A DNA stretch of 64,000 bases from a bacterium (GTDB lineage: Bacteria > Hinthialibacterota > Hinthialibacteria > Hinthialibacterales > Hinthialibacteraceae): NCBI GenBank assembly GCA_963663405.2, contig CAXXSM010000023.1, forward strand, positions 1 through 64,000, written 5' to 3'. Each line of letters starts with the position of its first letter. Positions within the stretch are counted from its first letter, which is position 1. Below the pieces are notes generated by a model. It made no database searches. It was not told the DNA's origin and saw only the letters and a program-made list of their open reading frames with translations. Shown in pieces: positions 53,520 to 64,000 of this stretch. The position numbers and the translations under genes were made by a program.

Positions 53520-54806
53520 GTGAAAAACGCGGATTGGGTTACGTGTTCTGTGAAAACAATTTATCCACGATGGCAGATGAGGCAAGTTGAACGCGCGCTC
53601 AAGACAAGGCGTGTCGTGCTTTTGTCTGGCCCCAGGCAATGCGGGAAAACAACGTTAGCCAAACTTCTTGTCTCGAATGAGCGGGCATATCGGACGCTTG
53701 ATGATCCGGCATTGAAACAACTTGCGGAAAATGATCCGAGTGGTTTTGTCCGGCACACCGGTAAATGCCTAATCATCGATGAAATTCAGCATGTACCCAA
53801 TCTGATTCCCGCCATTAAAATGATTGTTGATGAGGATACAAGACCGGGTCAGTATCTATTGACGGGTTCGGCTCAGATTACGTCTTTGCCTGGCGTGCGA
53901 GAGTCTCTGGCAGGCCGGATCAGGAAGATACGATTGCGCCCTTTATCACAAGGAGAATTGAAAAAACATGAGCCCACTTTTTTAGAACGGGCTTTCAAAG
54001 GTGTTTTCTCTGAAAACGTATCACAAGAACTGACCCGAAAGAGGATCATTGAGACTGCTTTTTGCGGTGGATTTCCCGAAGCGATAAGACTTGATGCCCA
54101 TGAGCGGCGCGAGTGGCACAAGGATTATATCGATGCGCTTCTGGAGCGGGATTTAAAAGAAATCGCGCGTATTCAACGCCGGGACGCCATGCGAGAATTA
54201 ATTGCCGTAGCCGCCGCGTGGACCGGAAAATTCATGGATATTTCCGCAATTGGATCTGGTCTTTCTATCCGGAGACCGACGATTGAATCCTATCTAAATG
54301 CGCTTGAGGCTCTTTTTATTGTTGAACGAGTTAAACCATGGACGCGAACGGATTACGAACGAGTGGGGAAACAGGATAAACTGTTTATGACGGATAGCGG
54401 CCTTATGACATCCATTCTTGGATGGAGAGACGATCAAGTCGAACTAGATCCGGATCGATCGGGAAAACTGATTGAAACATTCATGTTCAATGAAATCGCC
54501 GCTCAGGTTGACGCTGGTGGCGGCGAATATCAGTTGTTTCATTATCGTGATCGGGAAAAGCGGGAAATCGACTTTCTCATCGAACGTGAAGATCGAGCGT
54601 TACTTGGTATTGAAATAAAAGCGGGTTCGAATATTAGGAAACAAGATTTTCGGCATATAAGGTGGTTTCAGGATCACATCGCTAAGGATAGGCCGTTCAC
54701 CGGTGTTGTTTTATATGCTGGGGAACAAGCAGGCGTTATGGGGGATAATCTCTGGGCGGTTCCGTATTCCAATCTTTTGTTTCCCTCTGATCCGAATTCG
54801 TTTTAG
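53520..54806 (+). CDS. AAA_14 ATPase with C-terminal DUF4143
   Basis: GPRQCGKTT, IIDEIQ, LTGS, ESLAGR, KLFMTDSGL, YRDREKREIDFLIE. Confidence 0.9.
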   Translation: MKNADWVTCSVKTIYPRWQMRQVERALKTRRVVLLSGPRQCGKTTLAKLLVSNERAYRTLDDPALKQLAENDPSGFVRHTGKCLIIDEIQHVPNLIPAIKMIVDEDTRPGQYLLTGSAQITSLPGVRESLAGRIRKIRLRPLSQGELKKHEPTFLERAFKGVFSENVSQELTRKRIIETAFCGGFPEAIRLDAHERREWHKDYIDALLERDLKEIARIQRRDAMRELIAVAAAWTGKFMDISAIGSGLSIRRPTIESYLNALEALFIVERVKPWTRTDYERVGKQDKLFMTDSGLMTSILGWRDDQVELDPDRSGKLIETFMFNEIAAQVDAGGGEYQLFHYRDREKREIDFLIEREDRALLGIEIKAGSNIRKQDFRHIRWFQDHIAKDRPFTGVVLYAGEQAGVMGDNLWAVPYSNLLFPSDPNSF

Positions 54807-54884
54807 GGATTGATGCCAGGACAGAAAAAAGCCTTGTCCTGGGTACCCGCGCCCGCGCTCCATAAATGAAAAAAGGGAAAAATG

Positions 54885-54923
54885 AAAAAAGCGGAGCTGA
54901 AAAGCCGGGGGACTCAGCTCCGC
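54885..54923 (-). terminator. Intrinsic terminator of glnA
   Basis: GCGGAGCTGA...TCAGCTCCGC stem with a T6 run on the minus strand. Confidence 0.8.
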
Positions 54924-54983
54924 CAGAAGGAGAGAAATAGTTTTCAGTACGCGAATGTGAGACGTACGAAAACTGATTTCTCC

Positions 54984-56399
54984 TTAGCAGTCGTAGTATA
55001 AGAAAAATTCGTAGGGATGCGGGCGAAGACGAACGGGATCGATTTCGTTTTCGGTTTTGTAGTCAATCCAGGTGTCGATGACGTCTTGTGTGAAGACATC
55101 GCCCTGGAGGAGGAAATCGTGATCTTTTTTGAGCGCTTCGATCGCGCCTTCCAATGAACCGGGGACTTGTGGGATCTGGGCGAGTTCTTCCGGTGGCAGA
55201 TCGTATAAATCTTTGTCAAGTGGATCGCCTGGATCGATTTTATTCAAAATGCCGTCCATTCCCGCCATCGCGATTGCGGAGAACGCGAAATAGCCGTTGC
55301 AGGAAGGATCGGGGCAACGGAATTCGACGCGTTTCGCTTTGGGGCTGGGGGAATACATTGGAATCCGGACCGCCGCGCTGCGGTTTCGTTGTGAGTACGC
55401 TAGATTGACCGGTGCTTCGTAACCGGGAACCAACCGTTTGTAGGAGTTGGTTGTGGGGGCGCAGAAGGCGATCAGCGCGTCCGCGTGTTTTAAAATTCCA
55501 CCGATATAATAGAGCGCTTCCTGGGAAAGACCCGCGTATTTATCGCCTGCGAAGAGGGGGGTGTCGCCTTTCCACAAACTGGAATGGACGTGCATGCCGG
55601 AGCCATTGTCGGAAAAGATCGGTTTTGGCATAAATGTGGCGGTTTTGCCATGTTTCCGGGCGATGTTTTTGACGACGTATTTGTACATCATCAATTGATC
55701 GGCCATTTCGACGATCGGAGAGAACCGCATATCGATTTCGCACTGTCCAGCGGTTCCGACCTCATGGTGATGCGCTTCAATATCTACGCCAAGTTCGATC
55801 AAAGTCGCGACCATCTCTGAGCGGATGTCTTGGAGGGTGTCGACGGGTGGAACGGGGAAATAGCCTTCTTTGTGGCGGGGACGGTGTCCGAGGTTTCCGC
55901 CTTCCACATCGGCGTCGGAATTCCAAATTCCTTCAACGGAATCAATTTCGTACATGCCATAATGGGCGGTCTGACCGTAGCGGGCGCTGTCGAAAATAAA
56001 GAATTCCGCTTCGGGGCCAAAGTAAATCTGGTCAGCGATGCCTGTGGACCTGATGTATTCCAAACATTTTAGGGCCACATTGCGGGGATCGCGGGTGTAC
56101 CGTTGTTTGGTGATCGGATCAAGAATTGAACAGGTCAGTGAGAGGGTGGGGATTTCCATGAACGGATCGACGAACGCTGTGGTCGGATCGGGCAGGATTA
56201 ACATGTCACTTTCGTTGATCGCCTGCCATCCGCGGATACTTGAACCGTCGAATCCGAAACCTTCTTCAAATGAATCCTCTTCCAGACAGTGTTGAGGAAC
56301 GGTGAAGTGCTGCCATGTTCCTGGGAAATCCTGAAATTTGAAGTCAACGAACTGGATCGACTTCTCTTTAATCATGCTGAGTACTTCTTTTGGTGTCAT
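54984..56399 (-). CDS. glnA: Glutamine synthetase type I
   Basis: [43 protein letters not shown], adenylylation-site-like DLYDLPPEE. Confidence 0.98.
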   Translation of the reverse strand: MTPKEVLSMIKEKSIQFVDFKFQDFPGTWQHFTVPQHCLEEDSFEEGFGFDGSSIRGWQAINESDMLILPDPTTAFVDPFMEIPTLSLTCSILDPITKQRYTRDPRNVALKCLEYIRSTGIADQIYFGPEAEFFIFDSARYGQTAHYGMYEIDSVEGIWNSDADVEGGNLGHRPRHKEGYFPVPPVDTLQDIRSEMVATLIELGVDIEAHHHEVGTAGQCEIDMRFSPIVEMADQLMMYKYVVKNIARKHGKTATFMPKPIFSDNGSGMHVHSSLWKGDTPLFAGDKYAGLSQEALYYIGGILKHADALIAFCAPTTNSYKRLVPGYEAPVNLAYSQRNRSAAVRIPMYSPSPKAKRVEFRCPDPSCNGYFAFSAIAMAGMDGILNKIDPGDPLDKDLYDLPPEELAQIPQVPGSLEGAIEALKKDHDFLLQGDVFTQDVIDTWIDYKTENEIDPVRLRPHPYEFFLYYDC

Positions 56400-56753
56400 T
56401 TTTCTCTCCTTCGGCTTACATAGAATGGATTGGGTTTAATAAGATTTAATCGCTTTCAAAATCAATAGATACGCATACATCTCCGAGGGATGTCATTCTC
56501 AGAATTCATCAGAAGAATTCTATCCATGTAACAACATAAGGTGGATAAATGATAATCCGCTCGTACGGCGATAATCAGAGACCCCGGCTTCGTAGGCGTC
56601 TAAGGCGAAACGGTGATAGGTCATATTCCCAACACGTCACTCCATGATGAAGATGTTAATCCAAGATGCGTGTTTAAACAATGGAGTTTATATAGGATAC
56701 CTTTAACCGTAACGTCATCTATAGTTTGGAATGTTCTTTCGTTCTTTTTTCTA

Positions 56754-56769
56754 TGCAGATAATGTGCCA
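56754..56769 (-). promoter_or_regulatory. sigma54 (-24/-12) promoter of glnA
   Basis: Minus strand TGGCACATTATCTGCA fits GG-N10-GC; candidate TGT-N10-ACA activator sites at ~56842-56878. Confidence 0.7.
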
Positions 56770-57331
56770 GATTTTTATATTTCTATAACGTGTTCATTCT
56801 ATTGGTTTTATATAGAATCGTCGAAAATGACTCTTTTAAATTGTTCAATTGTAGACATTGAGTGTTGTTAATTGAACAGTATATTGTTACAAAAATGTAA
56901 GAAGGAGATTGTTTGTAGGATTAAAAACAAGAGATTTTGAGGAAGGAGAGATGAGAGTAGATAATGACCATTCAAGAAAATATTTTAAGAGATTCATTTG
57001 AAATTATTCCTCGTTCTTTCAATTCATACCTTGAAGAAAAGTAAAAATTAATATTAAATATTATTATCTAATATTAATATTTTGTTTAAATAGAGTAATA
57101 AAGAATTGCTTTTTCAATATTCGATGAAGATTTTTTGGAAAAGAAAATGTATTCAATGAATTCTTTGAAGAAGATTGAAAAAGGTAATTTTTCTTTTTGT
57201 GTTCTCGCGTTTTATAAATGAGAGAGAGTATGAATTATTGCATTAAGAGGTATTCACGGAATTGACGCTTATAAAAGTTCTGTTATTTTATATCCATCAC
57301 TTTCACAGAGGAAAAAAGAGTGTAAAATTTC

Positions 57332-57361
57332 TTGACAGAGTTTTTATTTTCGTGCTATACT
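57332..57361 (+). promoter_or_regulatory. sigma70-type promoter
   Basis: TTGACA-N18-TATACT with an extended TG. Confidence 0.55.
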
Positions 57362-57517
57362 AAATCGTGAATTATTTTTTTCAATACAGAAAGATGTTTA
57401 GCAAAATCGTTTTTATTGTTCTACAATTGGGTATTGATTGATCGATTGTTTTTTTAATTGACTTGTTATTACTCGCTTGTTGAATGGACTGCTGAGGATT
57501 GGGAGAATAACCCGATT

Positions 57518-58535
57518 ATGACTCGTCGAAGAATCACATTCAGTCAAATCGTCTGCCGGAATCCCCGGATGGAGCAAATTGTCCGTACTGCTGAACGGAT
57601 CGCGAATTCGGATACGATGGTTCTGATTACCGGCGAAAATGGATGCGGAAAGGAAACGCTGATTCAAGCGATTCATCACGCCAGCGACCGGAGTGAGGGG
57701 CGGTTTGTTTCCGTGAATTGCGCGGCTCTTCCTGATACTTTGCTCGAAACGGAATTGTTTGGACATGAGAAAGGCGCGTTTACGGGCGCCGTCTATTCCC
57801 GGAAAGGAAAGTTCGAGCAGGCGCAGGGAGGCACCTTGTTTCTGGATGAAATCGGAGAGATGAGCATGACCACGCAGGCCAAGCTGCTGCGGGTTCTTGA
57901 AGAAGGAGTGACGGAACGTATCGGGGGCAACGAATCGATCCCGTTGGATGTCCGGATTTTAACCGCTGGGAATCAGAATTTCCATCGTCAGGTGATTGAT
58001 GGCTCATTCCGGCAGGATTTATATTATCGTTTGAAGGAAGTGCAGTTGGATATCCCGCCGCTGCGCGAACGGAAGGAAGATATTCCGCTTCTCGTCGATC
58101 ATTTTATAAAGATATATAACAAACAGTATCATAAGAATATTACGGGCGTATCGGATGCGGCGCTGCAGTTTCTCCGCCGTCATGATTGGCCGGGGAATGT
58201 TCGCGAGCTGCATCATGTGATCAAATGCGCGGTATTGATGAATGACACGCAGGATATGGTCTGGCTTGAACATATTCCCCTTGATATTCATTTGGCGGAA
58301 TCGGCGAAAATGGCGGAGGAGAAGGCGGATACAAAAGCCGATGAGCTGCTGGAGATTCTCACTCTGGATGAGGCGGAAAAACGTCATATTTTAAGAATTT
58401 TGGAATTTACCCGGTTTAAACAAGAGTCAAGCGGCCAATATTTTAAAAATCTCACGGCCGACTCTGGACCGGAAAATTGAGAAATATCAGCTGCATGGTA
58501 TTAAAGTGCAGGAAAAACCTCCGAAAACAAAATAA
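57518..58535 (+). CDS. sigma54-dependent Fis-family activator (AAA+ and HTH; frameshift near 58420)
   Basis: GENGCGKE, ELFGHEKGAFTGA, LFLDEIGEM, FRQDLYYRL, WPGNVREL; HTH AANILKISRPTLDRK in the shifted frame. Confidence 0.92.
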
Positions 58536-59257
58536 TAAGCGGCGTTGGATTTTTATAAATACTGCCTAAGGAGAAGCGCCCATAACTTGACAGAGGACCA
58601 GCTCCCACGATACCTTTCGTAAGTGTGGTTATGAAGAAAGGGAGTTCCACAGAAAATCGATCGAATACTAAATGTAATTAAAATTATTTCTGGCAAAGGA
58701 AAATGAACCGCGGCGGGATTTGCGGATATGATTCTTTGTGAGGCGTATGGAAATCGTATTCTTTCGTAGGGCTCATATTTCTCATTTCACATGTCCTATG
58801 GGATGTGAGAGGATCTAAGGAAAATCTAACAAATAAGGGCGAAGCGGCTGATTATACGGATCGAAATAATCGATTTTTAGTGAAGGGCGCTTATCCAGTT
58901 TTTACTTTGCGAAGGCGCCAGGAATTACAGTACTATCAAAACGTTTCTTCCGTTCTATTCATAATGGAATTCTATTTTCCAGGTCATTTTTTCTTTTTTT
59001 TCTACTCGCATTGATTCAAGGAGAAAACAACGCTGTTGACCTTAATCCAGCCGGACCAAAATGGTATGATTTTTGTGCGATGCGGCGTCCAATAAAGCCC
59101 TGCAAGGCGAAGTTTAGACATATCTTATTATGAATAGTATTTCCGCACGGATATCTTAAAGAGGATTTAATTTTTTGCCGTTCCGCCCTATAAAACTTTT
59201 GGGTCCACTGACACGTTATTATAGAGAGAAGAACCAATCACGGCAGCGAGGTGTATC

Positions 59258-61074
59258 ATGATAGTGAAGCAGCGTATGACATTTCTCTCTTTTCTTTTTA
59301 TTTTCTTTTTAAGTTTTTCTTTTCTGTTATTTGATATTTCTCCCGGCATTGGCCCAATACAACCGCGGTGGGTATGGGGGTTATGGTAATAGTGGCGGGT
59401 ATGGTTCCGGTGGTTATGGTTCCGGTGGTTATGGTTCCCGTGGCGGGTATGGTTCCGGTGGCGGGTATGGTTCCCGTGGCGGGTATGGTTCCGGTGGCGG
59501 GGATGGTTCCAGTGGCGGGTATGGTTCCAGTGGTTATGGAAGTGGTGGTTATGGGAGCGGTGGGGGCCGGCGGAGCAGCCGGCGGAGCAGCAGTCGTTCG
59601 GGGGGGTATGGGAATACCGGCGCATATAATCCCCTATGGGAATCAAGGCGCGCAGGCAGACCACACCAACGGGCACATCCTCCAATCAACGAAGATCTTT
59701 GTCTGGAAATACCACACGGGGCGCATTGGCTCCGACGAGCAGCGCGGGCGCGGCGGCCCAAGGCGGTCTCTCTGTCCAAGGCGCATCGGGCGCCACTAAC
59801 GCCGCGCGGCGCGCCGTAGGGGGAAACCAGCGCACTGCGCCTGTGCGGAAAACCGCAACAAGCGCCGGAAGTGCGAATTCGTAAATCAGCTGTTATGCGG
59901 CTGCAGACCGCTAATACTCTCGCTGTAGTCAATGAACCGTTTGTGGTCGACGTGATTCTCTCTTCGCCCAAGGGATTGGGATTCGATCAAATTGGATTCG
60001 CTTTGCAATACAATCCTGTGGATATCATGCCGGTGGAAGGACAGGACGCGGAAGGCCGATGGATTCCGGCGTCTGTTCTGACGATTCGGGAAGAAGCGGG
60101 AACCGCGGAAACGAAAGCGGGGGAGAAAGAGAAGGAATCTCCTTATCTCTTTGATAAAAAAGCGTCGAACTATACAATCCAAACGAATCAAATCGATTCC
60201 GCGAATGGATTTTTCTATTTATCCGCCAAAGTCAAGAATGAGACCAGCGTCGATTCCGGACTTATCGCGCGGATCAACTTTGTCCCTCTCAAAGAAACAA
60301 AGAAATCGAGCATTCAGTTTGTATTTGAGGATGTGACGGCGGATAAGGAGAGTAAACCGCCGTTGCTCACGTATCTTGTCGCGGAGAAGGTCGATCAACT
60401 GGGATCAAAGTTTAATCCGAAGGATGGTGTGATCAATCTCGATCTGCAAATCTTCAACACACGTGAAGAAGTCCCCGATCGCGCTGAGATTATCAAAGCG
60501 AATGAGAAATATAAGGATGAAGGCGACGATTCTACGTTCAATACCCGTCTTTATTTGATTCCCCGGAGTAAACAGGTCGATATGGGTGATTTTTTAGATG
60601 TCGACGTTTATCTCGATAATCCCGACCGGGAATTGATTGATTCGGTGAGTCTACTGATCGCTTACAATACGAATGTGCTTGAAGCGGTGGATTTGGATGA
60701 ACGGATGGCGGGGATCAATATAAACGATGAAAATTATCTTCGTGATTTCCCCTTGGATTTTAGTATCTTAAACTCGGTTGACATTCAGAAAGGGATTATC
60801 GATTACCGTAAACGAGGGTATCGAGTGCCTGCGCGGGGTGATGGGGTATTTGCGACGATCCGGTTTAAGGCGCTTCGCCCCACGACAAAAACGACCTTCC
60901 GGGTTTTGTATAATGAAACCGGGGGAAGATCCCACGACAGGCGTGTTTTACCGGTCTCAAGACCGTCTGGGCGCCGCGGATGATCCATTTGACGGGCGGA
61001 TGACCGCATCTGTCCAAATCCGGGCGACCGCCGCTTATTTAAAACGGATTGAAAGTCAAGGAGAACGGGGATAA
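59258..61074 (+). CDS. Exported protein with Gly/Tyr/Ser-rich N-terminus and two cohesin-like domains (frameshifted)
   Basis: Hydrophobic leader, GGYGSG repeats, two beta-rich modules (FALQYNP...GLIARINF; LLIAYNT...GVFATIRF). Confidence 0.55.
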
Positions 61075-61167
61075 CGGTGTTTATCCCTTCCCTGAACGGG
61101 TGAGTGTTGATACAATCGTCTGGTTTGGACAATCAGCGAATAAAATAGAATTAAAGGGAACGGTTGC

Positions 61168-63308
61168 ATGGCTAAGATTCCCCCAACTCGTAATTGACAT
61201 TGGGCAAGATCGAATCAAAATCCTTCAAGTCCCGCTCTTCGAAAAAGGGCGTACAAATCGTGAAGGCGGGCAGTAAAACCGATACTGCTTCCTCCCAATG
61301 CGGAAGCGGATGTGATTCAGAAGCACATACAAGAGACGCTTCCGATTCTCTTGCAGGAGTTGAGTATCAAAGAGAATCGGGCGATTGTGACATTGCCAGG
61401 GGCGCGCGGCGTTTACCCGCCGTTTAAAAATACCTGTTGTCCGCGGCGGTCAATTAGAACGCATTGTCAAGTATGAAGCCCGTCAGCATATTCCATTTCC
61501 TCTCGATCAAGTCAATATGGACTATAAAGTCTTTACTCCGGCGGGGGATGGCGGGCAAGCCGATCAGTCGGAATTGGAAGTCCAGCTTGTGGCGGTCCGT
61601 AAAGAAGTGGCGGATACGTACGCCGCGATTTTGAAGAAATGCAAAATCCGCGCGGATATCATCGAAGCCGCTCCGATCTCCATTTACAACGCATACGCCG
61701 GCTCACTCAAGCGTGATCCGGAGGAAGTGACGGCGCTCATTTCCATCGGCGCGTCGGGCACGGACATTGTGGTCGAGCAAAATGGCTCGATGCAATTCAT
61801 GCGGAACGCTCCCGAGGCCGGGTCTTCGTTGACGACGGCTCTTGCAAAAAACTTAGAAATTCCATTTGATAAGGCGGAAGAGCTGAAGACCAAACCCGCG
61901 CCGGACTATTCCCAGGAAGAGGGGGAAGGCGGTTCCATTACAGCGGATAAAGTTTCTGCGATTTTGGAAAAAGGTTTCGAGCGGATCGCAACAGAAATCC
62001 GCCGGTCGTTTGACTTCTATGTTTCGCAATCGGACGCGATGCCGGTGACCCGTGTCTTTCTCTCCGGTGGAAGTTCGAAGATGGAGGGGGTCACGGACTT
62101 CTTGAGTGAGCGTCTTGGCGTTCCCGTGGAACTGTTTGGACGCGAGTGATGTCGAATGCGTCGAAATCCCGGCGGAATATGAAGAGAGCCTCCGGGGGGA
62201 AGCTTCATTAATCGGGATGGCGATACGCGCGGCGGGTCAGGCGGTTTGCGCGCTCAGTTTTTCACCGGAATCGACGAAGATGCGGCTGGAACTGGAACGC
62301 CGGTCGCCGATGCTGGGTCTGATGGCGGTTTTGTTGGTGGCGATCTGTGGTCTTTCGATCTACTGCCTGCAGTTATTGGTGGAATCGCATCGGAGCGCGG
62401 TCGCGCAGGTGAATGAGATCATTTCACCCCGGTGTGGACGCCGCGCCCGAATTGACCCGTGTCCGTGGGGGAGCAGAAGGAATACGACGAGCGGATCGAA
62501 CGGATTCAAAAAGTCGCGGAAAAGCGTGGTGGATTGACTCGTGTTTTCCTGGAAATCCAACGGTTGGTGCCCCAGGATATTTGGCTGGAAAATATTGCGA
62601 TGACCAGCAAGAGCATGACCATTAAAGGGCGGGCGCTGAATGACGAGAAAATATCGACGTATCTGCAGAACCTTTCCATGTCCCCCTTCTTTGAAATCAA
62701 CGCGGTTGTGGCGACGGATGTGAGTGTGGCGGCGGGGACGACGGGAAGCGGGCAGTCGCAGATGGACTTCACGATCGAGATTCTTCAATTTAACGATCCC
62801 ACGGAACAGGAAGTAAAATTTGTTGAAGAATTCCGGAAAGAGACCCAGGATCAGGATATTTCTGTTCTTCTCGTCCGTTTCGACCGGGCAGGGATCTATG
62901 GATCCTGATGCGCCGGCGAAGCTCATCGTCGGTCTGTACAGGCCGGAAGATGACAATGAAAAAATACTCATGCTCAATAAAATATTCACCGCTGTGAAAA
63001 AGGCGGAGGATGAAACGATCCAGAAAGTGGAATTGCGTTTTCACGATCGGGAAAGCAATGAAGTGGAACGCAACGTCGTAACGAAAGAACTCTATACGCG
63101 GTATAATGACCGGCAGCTTGACAAACCGGGTTTCATCCAGGAATTTGAAATCCAGACACCGCCTCCAAGCCCCACACCTTCGCATACGCCCACGCCGGAA
63201 TTGGAAGAGGGTGAGAGCAGAGGCATGGGGATGTACGGCATGGGGATGTATGGCATGGGGATGTACGGCATGGGCATGGGTGGGATGATGGCCCCCGGTG
63301 GTGGATGA
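61168..63308 (+). CDS. pilM: Type IV pilus assembly PilM, apparently fused to a PilN domain (frameshifted)
   Basis: LVIDIG, EARQHIPFPL, ISIGASGT, EIRRSFDFY, LSGGSS; then a TM helix and PilN-like VPQDIWLENI...IKGRA. Confidence 0.75.
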
Positions 63309-63478
63309 TCGTAGTAACCGTCAAGATTGTGAACACAGCAGCAAATGAAAATGAGTCGCGTGAGGAATTTAGAGCGAGTAAGCCTCTAAAACTCAATTTC
63401 ATATAATTGAATGTGAAATGCCGCTCGTGATTGGAATGATAAACCGCGCGCAAACTGAACAACAGAGGGAGTATTACG

Positions 63479-64000
63479 TTGGCTCTTTCCATAGACAAAG
63501 AAGCGTTACTCGAATTTTTAGGTAAAAATAAAGATCCCCTTTTTGTATCGATTCTGGCATTGATTCTTGTTGTGGGAGGCTGGTTTCTCTATCAGCAGAG
63601 TTCCCAAACCGCAGGGCAGATCATCGATCCACTGCTCAAACAGGATGATCGGTCAGGACGGACAGGCGGCGCCGGTGGGACGGCGCAGGCGAAAGTGACT
63701 GCGGAGCAAGTCGTTGGGATGCTGCTGGACAAGCGGAATCAAGAAGTGTATTCGTCGCAGCGGAACCCATTTGGCTCACCAGAAGATCAGCTCCGCATGC
63801 GTCAGGAAGTCCAGTCCGTCTATGATCGCGCTGTAAACTATTTTAAAAATAAAGACTACGAGGCTGCGCTTACAGAATTCGATAAAGTGATCGCGCTTGA
63901 TGTCACTGAGACTCGGATCCCCTATCCCGTCACTCCCTCTGAGTACAAACTCCTCGTCACGCAACAGAATTTGAAGGAGAATTTGGATAAAATTCTCCAG
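63479..64000 (+). CDS. Membrane-anchored TPR protein, partial (runs off the window)
   Basis: RBS GAGGGAG then TTG; TM helix; YDRAVNYFKNKDYEAALTEFDKVIALD is TPR-like. Confidence 0.6.
   Translation, partial: MALSIDKEALLEFLGKNKDPLFVSILALILVVGGWFLYQQSSQTAGQIIDPLLKQDDRSGRTGGAGGTAQAKVTAEQVVGMLLDKRNQEVYSSQRNPFGSPEDQLRMRQEVQSVYDRAVNYFKNKDYEAALTEFDKVIALDVTETRIPYPVTPSEYKLLVTQQNLKENLDKILQ

Noticed and set aside
59368-59799. MVPVAG repeat ORF and the antisense HWNHTR repeat ORF
   Set aside because: Alternative frames of the GGYGSG coding repeat.

Overview
Bacterial chromosomal window of moderate GC. Many conserved genes are split by single-base frameshifts, most likely long-read assembly errors. Housekeeping content: mreB-mreC-mreD-mrdA-rodA, smc, glnA with a sigma54 promoter and a divergent activator, a split transketolase, an hpnCDE squalene pathway, a heptose adenylyltransferase, two very large flagellins and the start of a type IV pilus/T2SS-like operon. 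Accessory content: an ISKra4-family IS, an IS1 remnant, HigBA and BrnA toxin-antitoxin genes, Uma2 and AAA_14/DUF4143 genes, and dense REP/BIME-like palindromes. The top finding is a RiPP locus at 1696-4907. It has an AlbA-like RRE/radical SAM/SPASM enzyme next to a 215-aa precursor with a twin-arginine signal, a long pro-domain and a C-terminal core closely resembling subtilosin A but extended to five Cys, plus a secreted W-x-C repeat protein. Also notable: a PARIS-like ATPase+TOPRIM pair inside the mre operon, convergent sigma28 promoters around a structured non-coding region upstream of the flagellins, and a 25-nt hairpin nested inside other repeats. All calls come from motif recognition; no database searches were run.
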